Shown here piece after piece: positions 1 to 14,739 of a stretch of 64,000 bases of DNA (positions are counted from its first letter, which is position 1; the number at the start of each line of letters is the position of its first letter). The DNA comes from Octopus vulgaris. Lineage: Eukaryota. Below the pieces are notes generated by a model. It saw only the letters and a program-made list of their open reading frames with translations, searched no databases and was not told the origin of the DNA. The DNA lies in NCBI GenBank assembly GCA_951406725.2, contig OX597826.1:64108001-64172000 (forward strand), in the 5' to 3' direction. The translations under genes were made by a program, and so were the position numbers.

Positions 1-189
1 AAGTTATGACCTCTCCCCTCTCTGTATCTATGTGTGTGTGTGTTTGTGTATATGTATGTAAACTACAATGATGTTTTCTAAAATATGTAATACGTATTTT
101 ATGGAAGACAAAACGGAACTGTTCTTTCTACAGCTAGAAAACCAAAACTGTAATAAGTTACACTTCATTGAATTCAGTTCATGCTCAAT

Positions 190-1170
190 AAAAGATACGA
201 AGGCCAGAAATTGGCAAGACTTCCTTTTGTACCCCACTTATTTTATTATTGTTTTTTTCGGCTACGGAGAATACGAATCTGCAAAAAATTACTCCTCCCC
301 CACTACTTTCTTCATTTTAAACTTTTTTTCAGAATTTTTTTTGGAAAGACTACCACCCGTCTCCCCCCAACCTTATTTTCTCCCAAATTTGTTTATTTGG
401 CAATGTTTCGTTTGTTTGGCAATGTTTATTTTTGTAATTTTTTTTGCTCCAAATCCCCGTTTTCGGATACGGAGGTTCCGGAAAATTGCCAAAATTCGGC
501 ATTGTGAAATTTTTTCCCCCTTCCCGCCCCCAACTTCAATTTTGACTTTTTTCCCAACACTAACCCTAACACCCTAACCCTAAAACCCCAACCGTAAGTA
601 CAGAAATGTTTTGAAAATTTTGTCCGAATCATGATGTCCGTATTTTCCCGCATATTTAGAAAGAAAAAAAAATATTACAAAGATTTTTGGAAATTTTTTT
701 CAGAATCATAATCTCCGCATATTTTGAAAAAAAAATTGTGAAAAAGTTTTAAATGAAGGAAATGGGGGAGGGGGTAATTTAGAAATGTCGATTTTTGTAA
801 ATTTTTTTTTTTTGCAGATTCGTATTCCACGTAGCCGAAAAGCAGGGTTTGAAGTGTGGTTTTTGGTGGGTAACGGGCGGAAGTCTTGTCATCCTTTTTT
901 TTTTCTCAAAATATGAGGAAAAAATACGGAGATTATGATTCTGAAAAAAATTTCCAAAAATTTTTGTAGTTAGGGTTACGGTTAAGGTTAGGGAAAAAAG
1001 TGAAAAAAGAAGAAATTGGAGTGGGGAAGGGAGGCCGAAATTTCAAAATGCCGATTTGGGGCAATTTTCCGAAAACGGGGGTTTTTGGTAAGAAAAAAAT
1101 GGGGAGAAAATGGTGGAGGGGGCGGGAGGAAGCCTTTCCCAGAAAATTTTTGAGAAAAAAGGGTTTGTCA
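190..1170. repeat. Foldback-like element with several inverted segments and TAACCC/GGGTTA motifs
   Basis: e.g. 255-287 vs 808-841, 450-580 vs 970-1090 and 665-730 vs 900-968 are reverse-complementary. Confidence 0.6.
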
Positions 1171-1797
1171 GTTAATTCGGCTCCAATACGTAACTCGTAC
1201 TTTATTAATTTATCGACCCCGGAAGGATGAAAGACAAAATTGATCTCGCCGGTCTTTGATCTGAAGACAGATCAAATACCACAAGGCATTTTGTCCGATG
1301 CTCTAACGAAATAATTGTCTCATAATAATCATAATACAAATATTCAGGTTTTAGGGAGGAAGTAATTTTCAAACAAGGGACGTGGCCCGAATGCTTGCAA
1401 CAGAGTGATAGGCACCCAAGGATCAGGTCCTATGAAACCGGACACATATGCGCACAGGGTCTTATACAGATGACATCATCTTTCATTTCTTGAAAATTTT
1501 CCGATTTCAGGCGCGGTCGACGCAAGACCTTTCATACCTCCCGTCCGGAATACGACACACCTGATGTGTCACGTAATTCAAATATGGTAAACTAGTTGGT
1601 GTTGTTTCATGTTAAACCAGATCGAGCAGGCTTATGATCAAAACCAGGCATATGCAATCATTCTCGAGAAGTGGGCTGCATGAGATTAACTCATCATTAG
1701 ATGGGTTGCATATTGAAGGTAACTTTTCCTTAGACGTGCCATTCAGAAAGTCCTGCGGATCACAAGTTGCCCGTGACTGATCAAAGCCAATCATATA

Positions 1798-2291
1798 CCG
1801 TAAATCTTCGAGTATAATACGCAGAGGATTTTTAGGGGGCTGTACCTCTGAAAAACCTAAACCTTGTGTATAATACGCACCCCTTCTCTAACTTGAGTCA
1901 AGGAGGTCTATATAACGCCCTTGGTTTGTAAAACTGTATACAGTAACGTCCTTTATTATTATTGTATATATAACATAATGCAAACATGTAGTTTTTTGTG
2001 CATTTTGTTTGCAGAAAATAAAGAAATAACAGGAATAACGTTTAATAAATGTTGCTTACTGCAAGTTATGGATGATTCTTTTATGACTTCATTGCTTTCA
2101 GGCTTAGCTTAAGGTATTTTCGCGCCCGACATCACAAAATGCGTCTGAATAAACATTGCCGGACAGTAAATAGAGTCTCGGACATTGCTTAGAAAATAAT
2201 TTTCATTTTTAACCTCGTATATAGTACGCACTAGGGATTTTGACCTTTAAATTTTGGGGGGAAAATGCGGATTATACTCGAGGATTTACGG
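1798..2291. mobile_element. pogo/Tc2-like MITE
   Basis: 26-bp TIRs CCGTAAATCYTCGAGTATAATMCGCA (2 mismatches), TA on both sides. Confidence 0.85.
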
Positions 2292-2496
2292 TATATCTCC
2301 AGGGCTGATTACATTATCCTCATATTCTTCCTTCCTTAAAAATTAGTTCTTAATCCGGGTTATATCCTTTCAGAACGTTGGAAACTCTCAAGAAAGTGGC
2401 AAATGTCGTGGAGGCTGTTCAGTGTTAAGCAGGGAAATAAATTATTTCAACCAAGTACAATACTTATGTTTGTAAATTCATTCTCAAATGTATATA

Positions 2497-3640
2497 TAGT
2501 GCAACAGATAAATTGAGACCATTTAAATATCTCTATTATAATTGGTATAACTCGGAAAAAAATCAAACACTGCAAATTGTATGTTTATGCCAATTTATTG
2601 AGTGTTAAGCTTTTATTTCAGTTCAATATGACCACCATTTACTTTCTTTACCAGTTCAGTCTGTTTACGCAATGATGCGCATACTTTAATCATTTCTTCC
2701 TCGCCTGATCGAAGCCCTCTGTGAAGACACATAGTTGTGAGAAGTTGTGTTGGACATTGCTTCAATTGCGCCCCATAGCCAAAAAATTACATGGATCAAA
2801 TTTGGCGAGCTAGAGGGCCAGATATATTTAAGGACAAACACGGGCAATTCCTTCTCTGAAAATTCATGCATTCTTTTCGAAGTATGGGCGGGCGCGGAGT
2901 CCCCTACAAACATGACTCGACTTGCATCATAATGCTTCCTAATCCAAGGCAACAAAACTTCTAAGTTTTTGAGATAATCTGCTGTGTTGATTTTAAGACC
3001 TGCTTCAATAAAATGAGAAGGCATCAATTTCCCATCACTTGTAATAGCTCCAAAGACCTATGGAAGCTGGATTCTTCCTACGTATAGCTGAAGGAACTTG
3101 GGAAGGGTCGCACGTTATCACTCGTGAGTTTTGGCGGTTTGCAGCTTCGTCTACGAGGAACTTCTTTTCATCCACGAAGATGCGGGCGTCTCCGCCACGA
3201 TGTTTCAGATGAAGTTTGGAACTTCTTTCAGCTTGATTGGCTTTGGAGTGGGTAGTTAGGATGTTACGGTGTCTCCTCACGTACGATTTCATATGGAGGT
3301 CTTGTCTCAAAGCCTTAGAAACATTTTACCGACCCCACGATCTTAAACCAACTTCAACATCAAATTTAATGGGTTCGACTCAGTCCAGCTAAGAAGTAGG
3401 CATGCATTTTCGGTCATTGCGAGGGTTGTGAGGCTTTCTCTGAACATCACGACTTTCTTCCAAATTGGCTAAAATTCTAAAAACAGTAGATTTGGCCTAT
3501 TTTGTGGCTCTCACAATCTCCCCAACACTTTTGCCGGCGCGGAATAATTCGGCAATTACACTTCTACGGTTTAATTCTTTATTAACATTCATGATTTGTT
3601 CAATCAGAAATTTTAAAAAATAGTACAAGGGATTATTCAA
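2497..3640 (-). mobile_element. Decayed Tc1/mariner (maT/DD37D-like) transposon
   Basis: Broken ORFs with FVDEKKF, GDSAPAH and WPSSSPNL motifs; boundaries approximate. Confidence 0.75.
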
Positions 3641-4639
3641 GCTGATAATTTTTAAAATTTAGGCTCCAACAAAATTTATACAATTAGAAATATATCCATT
3701 TGAAACTTGGCCCAATTTTCCTGAGGGGTTGGGGAGAGGAGCTTCGGAATGAAAGTTTATACACATACTTTTCAAACAGCATAGATTACGATTATAAAGA
3801 AATTTGAGAGGAAACTTTTTTCCGAGGGGGTAGGGAGAGGAGTTTCGGATCATGACGACCGCAAGTTGGAATTTCTCCGTTTTTGACGGTTTTTTTTCCA
3901 ATTTTTTTTCACGACAGCATTCGAAATGATGAGGATATCTTTTTATGAAAAAAAAAAAAATAAATAATAATAATAACTCCGGAAAAAGTGAAAAATGAAG
4001 GGGGTGGAATTGAAATTTTGAAAATGCGATTTTGGAATTTTTTTTTTCAGAATCGGATCCTTCATAACCAAAAACAGGGGATTCTGTAAAAAAAAAAATC
4101 AATATATATCCATTTTACCGAAAGTTATGACGGAAAAATCGGATCATGTGAATTTTCCGAAAGTCCTCTCTCCACCCCCAGGGTCGTTAGCGCATTTTTT
4201 TTTTCATATTCGTTTTCTACATACGTGTTAACATCCAGCAGGCTGTGGTGAGAAAAAAAAAATTGAAAAATGCCCGTCAAAACGGAGAAATTCCAAACTT
4301 GTGGTCTTTTTGGTCCGAAACTTCTCTCCCCAGCCTCGGAAAAAATTTTCCCCACAAATTTCTTTATAATCATAATCTATGCTGTTTAAAAGGTATTTGT
4401 ATAAACTTCCATTAAAAGATACTCATTTTCCCGAAAGTTATGAGGGAAAAATGTAGGAGCGTGTGATTTTTCCGAAACTCCTCTTCCGCCCACTCGCAAA
4501 AATTCTTTCCCATAAATTTGTATATACTCTAAATCTACAACATCTAAGCAGTATGTGTAGAAAATTTCGCTAAAAAGTATCCATTTTTCTGGAAGTTATG
4601 CGGCAACAAAGTCGGTGTGGGAGTACACATTTATAGTTA

Positions 4640-5330
4640 TGCCTGTACTTCGCCGATGATTCCAGAAAATTATCAACGAAGACCGAACTGAACTTCAGTC
4701 TGGTCTCATGCTATAAGTAAATGGGCAGATAAAGCAAAATGTGTCTAAACGAGGGAAAATTTGAGCTGATGCATTTTGGAAAAAAGATTATGCTAAAACA
4801 ATCATATTCTCTTTCTTCAGGGGAACCATTCGCAGCATCAAACAATATCAGAGACTTACGAGTAATTGTTGACAACAATCTCAACTGGAGTGCCCACATC
4901 AATAATAAGGTCGATATAGCTCGTAGAAGGAACTCCTGGATTCTAAGAACCTTCCGGTCACCATTCCTCATTTCTCCTTCTTTGTACGGTCACACTTCGA
5001 ATACTGCTGCTCTTTGTGGTCTCTTCACACAAAACAAAACATCTCAAAAATCATCTCAGAGGGCATTCACTAAAATAATTAAGGGCATGACTGATCTCGA
5101 TTATTGGGGCCACCTTAAAGCATTGAAGCTCTATTCTCTCTAGCGCTGCCTGAGCGATGCATCATTTGCATGATGTGGAGAATATACCACCAGCATTGCC
5201 CACACAACTTCAACCTTAGTTTCAGAATTCACCCAAGGCTAGGACCACAGACCATACCCAATTCAGGATCACAACACATAAATACACTACAACACAATTT
5301 CTTTTCCTCAACAGGTCCTGCCCTATTTAA
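4640..5330 (+). mobile_element. 3' fragment of a CR1-group LINE ORF2
   Basis: KFELMHFG, RDLRVIVDNNLNWSAHI, WILRTF, QRAFTKIIKGMTDLDYW..LKALKLYSL motifs with frameshifts. Confidence 0.8.
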
Positions 5331-6539
5331 GAAAGAACGGTTGGATGGATGGATGGAATGCAGTACCAGCTGAGTGCTGGGATTGATTTAACAGTCCTAC
5401 AAGGTATCCTTGATGTGCGTGGAATTATTAAACATATAGATTTGACCTTAAAGCCAAACAACTACATATTTGCGATCGTACATTTGGCACGCATACATTT
5501 CGGATAATCCTACATATGTACATGCTGAGCCATGTCTCTTTCTCTTTTACTTCGGCCGTAACAAACTAATTCTCTGAATTTACCCACAGAAATCTACTCG
5601 ATAACCAACATTTCGCCTTTTTTCATTACCTCTGCAAAATATCACGCCCACATCCCATTCTGATCAGCTCCTTTAGTTTGTCTGGATTATTTGTTGTCTT
5701 ATCCTTATAGTTTATAGTCATAGTTATATAACTCGTCTGTTCATGGAATAAGAACTTGTTTACGAATCCTTCATCATCTGTTTATGTACAAGAGAGAACA
5801 GAGTGTGCATGTTTCCATAGAAAAAAGACAGAGAAGGCGGCAATCCAGCAGAATCGTTAGCACGCTGCAGAAAATGCATGACGGTATTTCTTCCGTCTCT
5901 TTGTGTTCCGAGTTTGAATTCCGTCGTACACGAATTCACCTTTCGGGATCGATAAAAATTTACAAAAATAAGTACCATTTGAACTCTAGAATCGATGCAA
6001 TCGACTACCCCCCACCCCCTCAGCGTTGCTAGCCTTGTGCCAAAATTTGAGAGACTTATTTTGAGTATGGGATGACCAAAACCTTGTCAATGGATTTGGT
6101 AGACTGAAAGAAGACCATCGTATATGTGTATGTGCATGTGTGTTTGATCCCACCACCATTTGACAACCGGTGCCGCTTTTGTTTGCGTCCTCATAACTTA
6201 GCCTTTCGTCAAAAAGAGTGGACAGAATATGTACCAGGCTTTAAAACAAAATGGGGTCAATTCGTTCGCCTTAAAACACTTAAACGAGGTGCTTCAGCAT
6301 GGCCGCAGTGCAATGAATGAAACAAGTAACAGATAAAAGATAGCTAGAGAGAGAGAGAGAGAAATATGTATGTGTGCGCGTATATATATATTTTTATTTG
6401 TACCTGTATATATGTATATTATTGTTATTCTTCTAGCCTTCCGTAGTTTCCTTGAAATCCTCATTTTTTTTTTCTCCCAACTTGTTTAGCAGTGACGCTT
6501 GGCCTAAATCGAGAACGAGGTTTTTCATTCAATTAGCGA

Positions 6540-6700
6540 CAGGAAGGGGGGGAAAACAGCCGACAGAGCATAGTAAGAGAGGGAAAGAGAGAGCGCGAGC
6601 GAGAGAGAGAGAGTAAAGGAAGGAGAGAGAGAAGAAAAGAGAGAGAGAGTAAAGGAAGGAGAGAGAGAAGAAAAGAGAGAGACGGAGAGGAAGAGAAGGA
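6540..6700 (+). promoter_or_regulatory. GA-rich putative promoter/5'UTR of ING with a tandem 36-bp duplication
   Basis: (GA)n tracts and the repeated unit gagagtaaaggaaggagagagagaagaaaagagaga, within a CpG-retaining region upstream of the ATG; TSS not determinable. Confidence 0.4.
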
Positions 6701-6919
6701 AACCCTGATGTTGTTTCCTCGACAAAACGGTTAAACAAGTCAATGTGTGCTCGTCTTTATTTTTTTCCCATCGCGATTTTTATCCAACAAACATAACAAA
6801 TTAACAACAAAAAGGGGGCTAATGTGATTAATACATCGACTATTGTGGAAATAACGAAACGAAACACACATTTCATACATATATTCAACCACAAAATAAT
6901 AATAACAACAAATTGCTGC

Positions 6920-6937
6920 ATGGGGAAAACAAGATGA
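6920..6937 (+). promoter_or_regulatory. Upstream ORF (MGKTR*) whose TGA overlaps the ING ATG (ATGA)
   Basis: ATG GGG AAA ACA AGA TGA read directly from the sequence. Confidence 0.55.
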
Positions 6938-7075
6938 CGACGTTAAATCAAGCTGCGGTCGAGGCATTATGTTCGGCAACCTATCTTCAGAATTATTTAG
7001 ATATTATGGACAATTTACCTGATGATCTACAACGAAAAGTCACACAATTGCGCGAGTTGGATTCGCAATGTAAAG
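6934..7075 (+). CDS. ING1: ING exon 1 ([47 protein letters not shown])
   Basis: ATG in aacaagATG context; donor AG|GTACGG at 7076. Confidence 0.92.
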
Positions 7076-8964
7076 GTACGGTTTTTGTTTTTTAATTTGT
7101 CTTTTCATCTTTTATACATTTAAGTAAATCGAGAACAATTGCATATGTCTTTATTTCAACTTCTGCTTATTTTGTTGTTGAAATAAAAACCGGGCAAATA
7201 TAAGCTGTCGATTTTTATACCATTATAAAAAAAAAAATGGAAAAAACCAAATCTGTCGTTACCTTTATTGTTGAAAATGGACTCGCCTCGATTGCTTCCC
7301 TCCCTCTTTTTCGCTTCAATAGTTTCTTTCGTCTTTATTATTTTTGAACAGTTTGGAATAGTTCATGATTATTTTGTAGGGGTGGCACTCTTTTTTGCTG
7401 GCTTTTCTAGTCTACCTTCCCTTTTCTCTTCACGACACCAATGTTTTTTTTTTTATCTCTGAAAACACTGAATTTTCTAGTTCGTATATGTATATATGTA
7501 TATATATATACATATAAAGCTTCCTTAATAATCTTGATTCTTGTTATTATTCTCGACTCTTTTAAAAATATATTTCGTAATTGCTTTATATCTGTTTCTA
7601 AAACACGTGTACACAGACAAGATAACGAATTCCATCCCAAAAATAACCTTTTAACTGCTACTTTCCTTTCATTTCGATATCAAATGTCATTGAGAAAGGC
7701 ATGAACATCACACAAACCTCATTTCTCTCCTTTAAATATGTCGCTTTCTACTTTAGTCAGAAACCAGTATTGTTTAGTTTGCGATTCAGTAATGAAAATC
7801 ATTGTTTTTATCCACATTCGATGCATAAAACTCCATTTATTTTATGTTTAGTCTTTCTTAAACGTCTATCATCCGTTGATGATTGTCCTTGTAGTAAATC
7901 AAATTCATTATTCAATCGATCTGTTCCGAGTCGGCTTTTACCTCTCAGAAATCTTGATGTTATGATGAATAAATATCAATAATTTTGTAGGTATTAGGAT
8001 CTAAACATCTGACAGTCCCACCATGATTTTATGATTAATTAAAATAAATCTTGCTTCCCCCCCCCCCCAAGTATTTACCATACCCCATACTTTTTGTCTT
8101 TTTGCTTAATTGCGATATTTTTCAAGTTATCTTTTTTTCTGGTGGTACCTATTTTTATTTCGTTATTATTTAAAAAAAAAAAATTAACATTTGACCGATA
8201 GAATAAAGTACCGTACTGGGCTTCTTACAAAAGAATAAGTCCCCGGGGGGGTCGAGTTGCTCGATTAAAGGCGGTGCTCCAGCATGGCCGCAGTCAGATG
8301 ACTGAAACAAGTAAGAGTATAAAGAGTAAAAGAGATTGAATAAGTCCACAGAAACAAATCCTTTTGGTTGAGTGTGTGCAGGGCATGGAAACCAAACTGG
8401 TCTTTGGAAATGGCGGTATCATACAAAAACATACATAAATACTCAATTACACATATATACCTAAGTACACACACGTATAGGTACATAATCACATAAATTC
8501 ACGCGACATATACATAGATAGATATATATATATATACATATATATACATACAGAACAACATTCGTACATGAACCAACAAAAAAAAGTCGTCTGTATGTGG
8601 TAGCTTGGCCTGCTAGAAATAAGACACAGATTTCTCTTTATATCACACATCCTTCCGTATTTGGAAAGAAACGTATAAAACTACCATGGATTGTGAAGTA
8701 TTAGATATAGATATATGATAGCTGAAGAAAGACGAGATGGTCATGACTAAACCGCTTTTGACTAGGAACTAAAACAGCAACACACTCTTCTTTATCTCTC
8801 TGGGAAAGAGTTGGTTGGAGGCACACTTGTGTGTATATGTGTGCGTGTGTATGTATATATATATATACATACATACACACACATATATATATATATATAT
8901 ATACATACACACACATATATAGATATATACATACATACACACATATATAGATATATATATACAT

Positions 8965-8997
<33 letters not shown>

Positions 8998-9028
8998 CAC
9001 ACACACATATATATATATATATATACAT

Positions 9029-9063
<35 letters not shown>

Positions 9064-9252
9064 CACATACACACACATATATACATACACACACATATAT
9101 ATATACACACACATATATATATACACACACATATATATATACACACACATATATATATATACACACACATATATATATATATATATATACACACACATAT
9201 ATATACACACACATATATATATATACACACATATATATACACACATATATAT

Positions 9253-9313
<61 letters not shown>

Positions 9314-9338
9314 AATATATATATATAAACCGTAAGAT

Positions 9339-9376
<38 letters not shown>

Positions 9377-11584
9377 CCAAGTCTAAGAAATTTCTAAGCC
9401 CTATCTAGAAACAGCAGTTTAACGCCTTAGGTCACTTGCAATAATATTTAATTCCGATAACGAAGAATCAGAGAGAGAGAGAGGCAGCTGGTTCGGTTAA
9501 ATTGCCAACCCGCTATCCTTTCACTTACGAATTTGTGGGTCTGTGCCAATAATATAAAAAATTTATAATTACTTTTTACTACAATTACGACGCCTGATAA
9601 TATGTTTCTGCACTTTTGACCACCGTCGACGTAGCCATCCGCCTACTTTGGCGATTATTAAGCAAAACTTGTGTCTCTTTGTGGAAGGTGTTGAGACCGC
9701 CATTTCCGAAGAAGGTTCCCACGGATCCTTCCCCACGCTCGGAAGGAAATATTTGTCCCCCCAACGTTTGTTTTCTGGCCATGTTGCAGCACCGGTGTGT
9801 GCATGTAAAGGTTGAAATAACCCATGTAAATGCATGTATATACTGTATGTATGTATGTATGTATGTATGTATGTATGTATGTATGTATGTATACGCGCGG
9901 CTGTATCTATATAGGTGACTAAAATGTATTTCAGGAACTAAAGGTTCGCTAAGGTCTATGAAGGAGGCTGAAGATGAATATTGATGGATAAGTGTTGGAA
10001 AGACTTCCGTTCGTCCCTCCGTGTTACTCTATACGTCTCCTCGTTAAACTAAAAAATATGGGCACGTCCGTATCCTGGAGCATACCCAGGACCATTTCCA
10101 TCAAGTCTTTGTATGTGTGTGTATATATATATATATATGTGTGTGTGCATGTATACGGAAATGTGTATGTGTATATGGAATGTGTGTGCATCAAGCGAAG
10201 AAAGGCGTTGTTATTCATCTCATTCAAAAAGAAAACCCTAATGTTTCTTGCGAAAGACTAGCGAGAAATAGCAGCCAAATTTCACTCAATTGTCAATTAT
10301 TGAATTACAAAAAAAAAAGCATGTTTTTGGATAATGTAGTCCTAGGTACGTTATACCCGACAAAATATAGAAAAAGATGGAATAGTCACGACTGGAACGT
10401 TTTTCATCGTAACTGAACTGTGTATATTGCAGAAACTTCTATTTTTTTCCTGAAAGAATATGCCATATGATTGAAAACTGTTGTACTGCCTTGTTATGTT
10501 GCATAAGAATGTGGTATGGTCCCCCACAATTTATTTCCCCATGACTTCCTGAAAAATATGTATATCTTAATGAAATTTTGCGCAAACATTTTGAAGGTGT
10601 AGACTACGGTTAGGTTGATAACATTTAGAGAAAATATGTTTTTACCGGAGAACTTTCGGATAGTCCTTTTCCCATTTAACCAACCTCTTTGCCTTTCATC
10701 CTTTCGGGGTCGATAAATTAAGTACCAGTTACGCACTGGGGTCGATGTAATCGACTTAATACCTATGTCTGTCCTTGTTTGTCCCCTCTGTGTTTAGCCC
10801 CTTGTGGGTAATAAAGAAATAGGTATTAACATGAATTTTCGTAACTTTCCCGCAGTTAATTTTTTAAACTTTTCTTTCAAGTCTATGTTCGAAGTTATGA
10901 CGAAAGAAAATAGAGGGGCACTAATCTGTAGGTATACCTATATATATATATAAACGCACACACACTTTTTATACTAGGAAAAGGTTGACTGTGACTTCGA
11001 AGTTTCAGCTTGCCTGGACGGTTAATAATAAGTCAGGTCTCGAAGCCATTGTCAATAATTTCCTTTTAAATATTGATAAATATGTACTCTACTTAAGAGT
11101 CGAATGATCCTTCGATGTAATGTTAACGTATATGTATATATATATTGTCAATAATAAAAGGGTAAAATTAATTAATTATACCAAGTAGTGTTCAGTATGT
11201 AAAAAGACCATTTACGGTATATATTTAAAACATTACGTTATATAATTAGGGTTCAGTAAAATAATTTACTTTACCACACACCGAACTTTTAGAAATAGTA
11301 GCCAAAAAAATCTTAGCTATTTCCTCTACTATAAGAAAAGTCTCCCAGACAATGTATACTCAAAAATAATTCACGCAGGTATAGAGGGAAAAATCACGAA
11401 AGATCACACGTGCATCGAATATATATATATATTCTAGCAAAAACTGTCCGATGAACGGCAATGCGAAACTCAGAGTAACAGGTTTTGTAGAATTTTCTGC
11501 TGCTTTAAATAAAGCATATTACTTTACCACTGGTATTTGAGTACTCCTTTTTTCCACCTTGTTTCACATTTATGTGTTTACTCC

Positions 11585-11629
<45 letters not shown>

Positions 11630-14600
11630 CTTGGCATAAGAACACACATACATGCATATAATCGATTGTATTGATCTCCAGTACTTAACTTCTTTTATCG
11701 AACTCGTGGCATGACGAAAGGTGAAGTCGAGCTCAACGTGACTTGACAGCATAAAAAAGAAAGATAAGATGAGCTTGAGTTGTTCAATTTAGGATTCGGA
11801 CAAAGAACAAGGCTCAACATGTTTTGAAATATGATTTTGTCTGAGTAAATTAGTGATTTTTACAGATTAAACCGTCCAACAAAACTTCATGTTTGTCTCA
11901 AACACCATCTTAAACGTCGAAAATTATTTTCCATATTAGTTGAGAGAATTTGTTTAATCAACAGAAATATGGTAACAGAATGGGTTAACGGTTGTTTCAT
12001 TTGACCAATTTTGCTCAGAGTTTGATTTCAAAGGTTTATTTGGGTTTGGTTGAGGTGAAAACGAAATTCCCCACCCTTTTTTTAAAAGTACAAATCTCTC
12101 GTTTTTCTTTCTCGTTTCCGTATCCTGTACGATACTTAAGTTGTTGTTTTTTTTTTTAAGTAAAGGAGAAAGGAATGTGTGGTATTTATCTTGTTTCAAT
12201 CATTGGACTGCGACGATGCTGGGGCCCCGTCTTGAAAGGGTTTTAGTCGAACTTATTTATTAAAGTTTGGTACTTATTCTATCAGTCTCTTTGCCGAACC
12301 GCAATGTTACGGGACATAAACAAGCCAATACCGGTTGTTAATCGATGGGAAGACATACAGACACACACACACACACACATATACGACGGGCTTCTTTTTG
12401 TTTCTGTCTACCAAATCCACTTACAAGGCTATAGTAGAAGACACTTGCCCAAGGTGCCACGCAGTGGGACTGAACCTGAAACCTCTTGTCGCACAACCAC
12501 GCCTGCTCCCAAAAGTATTAATAGCCAAAGAGTAGTTTAGAATCCACTCACACTCATGCCGACTAAATATTTAATTATAATCACACATACACTCCTCTTA
12601 ACGTTATATATTCATGACAAAGCACAAAATTCGAGTAAAAGTAAATGACAGAACTGTCACGGGCAACTTACGACCCGCGAATCTTTCTGAACGAAAAATT
12701 ACTTTCGGCCCGCCGGATGATGAGCCATTTGTCGTGCGGCCCGCTTCTCGAAAAAAGGTTGGCTATGCCTATTCTAGAATATTTATTAGTTTCATAAATG
12801 AAAGGAAATGTTTACATGTGGGGTAGGGGGAAAACGTGGACAATGTCCAAGAAGTCGGCTTCTCGGGAACATTATCTCTATTCTCCGTCTCTTGACAACG
12901 GGCAAAAATATTTCTTTTTGAATATTTAATTGCAAAAATTCACTTCTGTGTCTCTGTTTGTCCACGACGACTTTGGTTTGAAGACGTTGCTATTTAATTT
13001 GAAAAGCATGAACACGAAAACTTCTCATTTCTGCTGGTTTGATAAATTAGCCAAGACTGCTGGGGTTGAAGTATGAAGTGGTCACGGTTCTGTTTTTTTA
13101 AAATAGCAAAACAAACATCACAATTTCACCATAAATATCTATATACAGCGTTGCATCTATGATCCCTGATGTCTGCTAAGCTATATATATTTAATGTAGT
13201 CGTTGGTTACGGCCGGTCAAAAAGTTACCAATAGTTTCACACCTATTATACTCTTAGCAATATCAGCGACTCATTAGACCTGCTGACCGAAGGCACATGA
13301 CCTGTCTACTAAAGGAGGTCTTGGCCAGTTAGGATTGTGAAATTTCAATATTTGCTTGCTCGGCAGGTCTGCTGAGTAGCTGATATTGCTAAGAGCATAA
13401 TAGGTGTGAAACCAACGGTATTTTCTGATCGACTATATAACCAACGATAGCATTAAATATTACTGCACAAAAGGCTTTTGGTGTTTGCTTTTCCTTTCCT
13501 TTTTTTTCCGGACTAACAAACAACTGACCGATTAGAGAGAGACAAATATAATGTCATGTGTTTGTATATACTGCACACTTATTTCCTTTTACTAGCTTGG
13601 CTTGTGTTTTGGGAGTTTTTGGTTGTCCAGTTTGATGTTAAATGTCTCTTCCATTTAGCACACACATACATACATATATATATGTATATATTTGCACCAT
13701 GTAGAAAATATTCCACCAATATTATCCAAATGATATCGGTATTATGTTTACATTTCACATAAGACTAGGCCCCCTTGCAATGCGTCCCCCACAAAGGCCG
13801 AGATCACATCACATAAGAACATTGCGACACAGTTTCTTCACTGCAAAAATGGTCCTGCACTTTTCAATGTTATCCCGAAAGAAATTAAAGTAGAAAAAGA
13901 CCCCCACAACTTTCAAACGGTACCTGGACAAATTCTTCCGGGAAATACCGGATAAACCACCTACACCTGGATGCGTCTCAACCAGTAACAACTCTCTGCT
14001 TGAGTAGTCCATTGTGTCCCGAAATAATTTACTAAAAGACTTTTCCCAGGTAGTGCTATTGAGTTAGTCATGGCCTGGGCCTATAATGGTCAAAACCAAT
14101 CTAAGTTATAGTGTGTGTGTTAACGTTTTTTGACAAAATGTCATTTAAAGGAATTTTAGCGAGTAGTGAGGAAACAAACTCGGGGCCGCCAAACAGTACC
14201 CATTCCTATATGCATGTGTATAAATCACATACTTATAATAAACATTTTTTTTAGCATAATTGAGTCGCTATCATCTGGTGCGATGTGGCTGTGTGAAACG
14301 AAGCTTGCTTCCTAACCACATGGTTCTGGGTTCAGTCCCACTGCATGATACCTTGGGCAAGTGTCTTCTACTATAGCCTTGGGCCGACCGAAGCTTTGTG
14401 GGTGGATTTGGTAGACGGAAACTGAAAGAAACCCGTCGTGGTAATTCAGTAAAGGGACATAACTCAATACACCAAAGTATGTTGTCGGATACTTTACTTT
14501 TGTCACTCCTCGTCATCTTTATCTGTTATTTATAACTGATTTCTAGCTTCGCTTTGGAGAAAATGATTATTTACTCGACTTACAAAACTATCTATTTGTA

Positions 14601-14674
14601 TCTCTCACACATAAATCTGTATTTCTGACTGGTTATCTAGCTATCATGTCTTACTGCTTTCATAAAACATTGCA

Positions 14675-14739
<65 letters not shown>

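Noticed and set aside
68-577. 169-aa Phe-rich ORF
   Set aside because: Low-complexity foldback repeat; no domain or splice support
561-590. TAACCC repeats as a telomere
   Set aside because: Only 3-4 degenerate units inside an interspersed repeat
8701-9380. Long ORFs of 167-203 aa (also 55911-56315, 51884-52312, 23965-24333)
   Set aside because: Translations of dinucleotide microsatellites
9569-9918. Short GC-richer ORFs (also 13809-14012)
   Set aside because: No recognisable motif or splice pattern; probably repeat remnants
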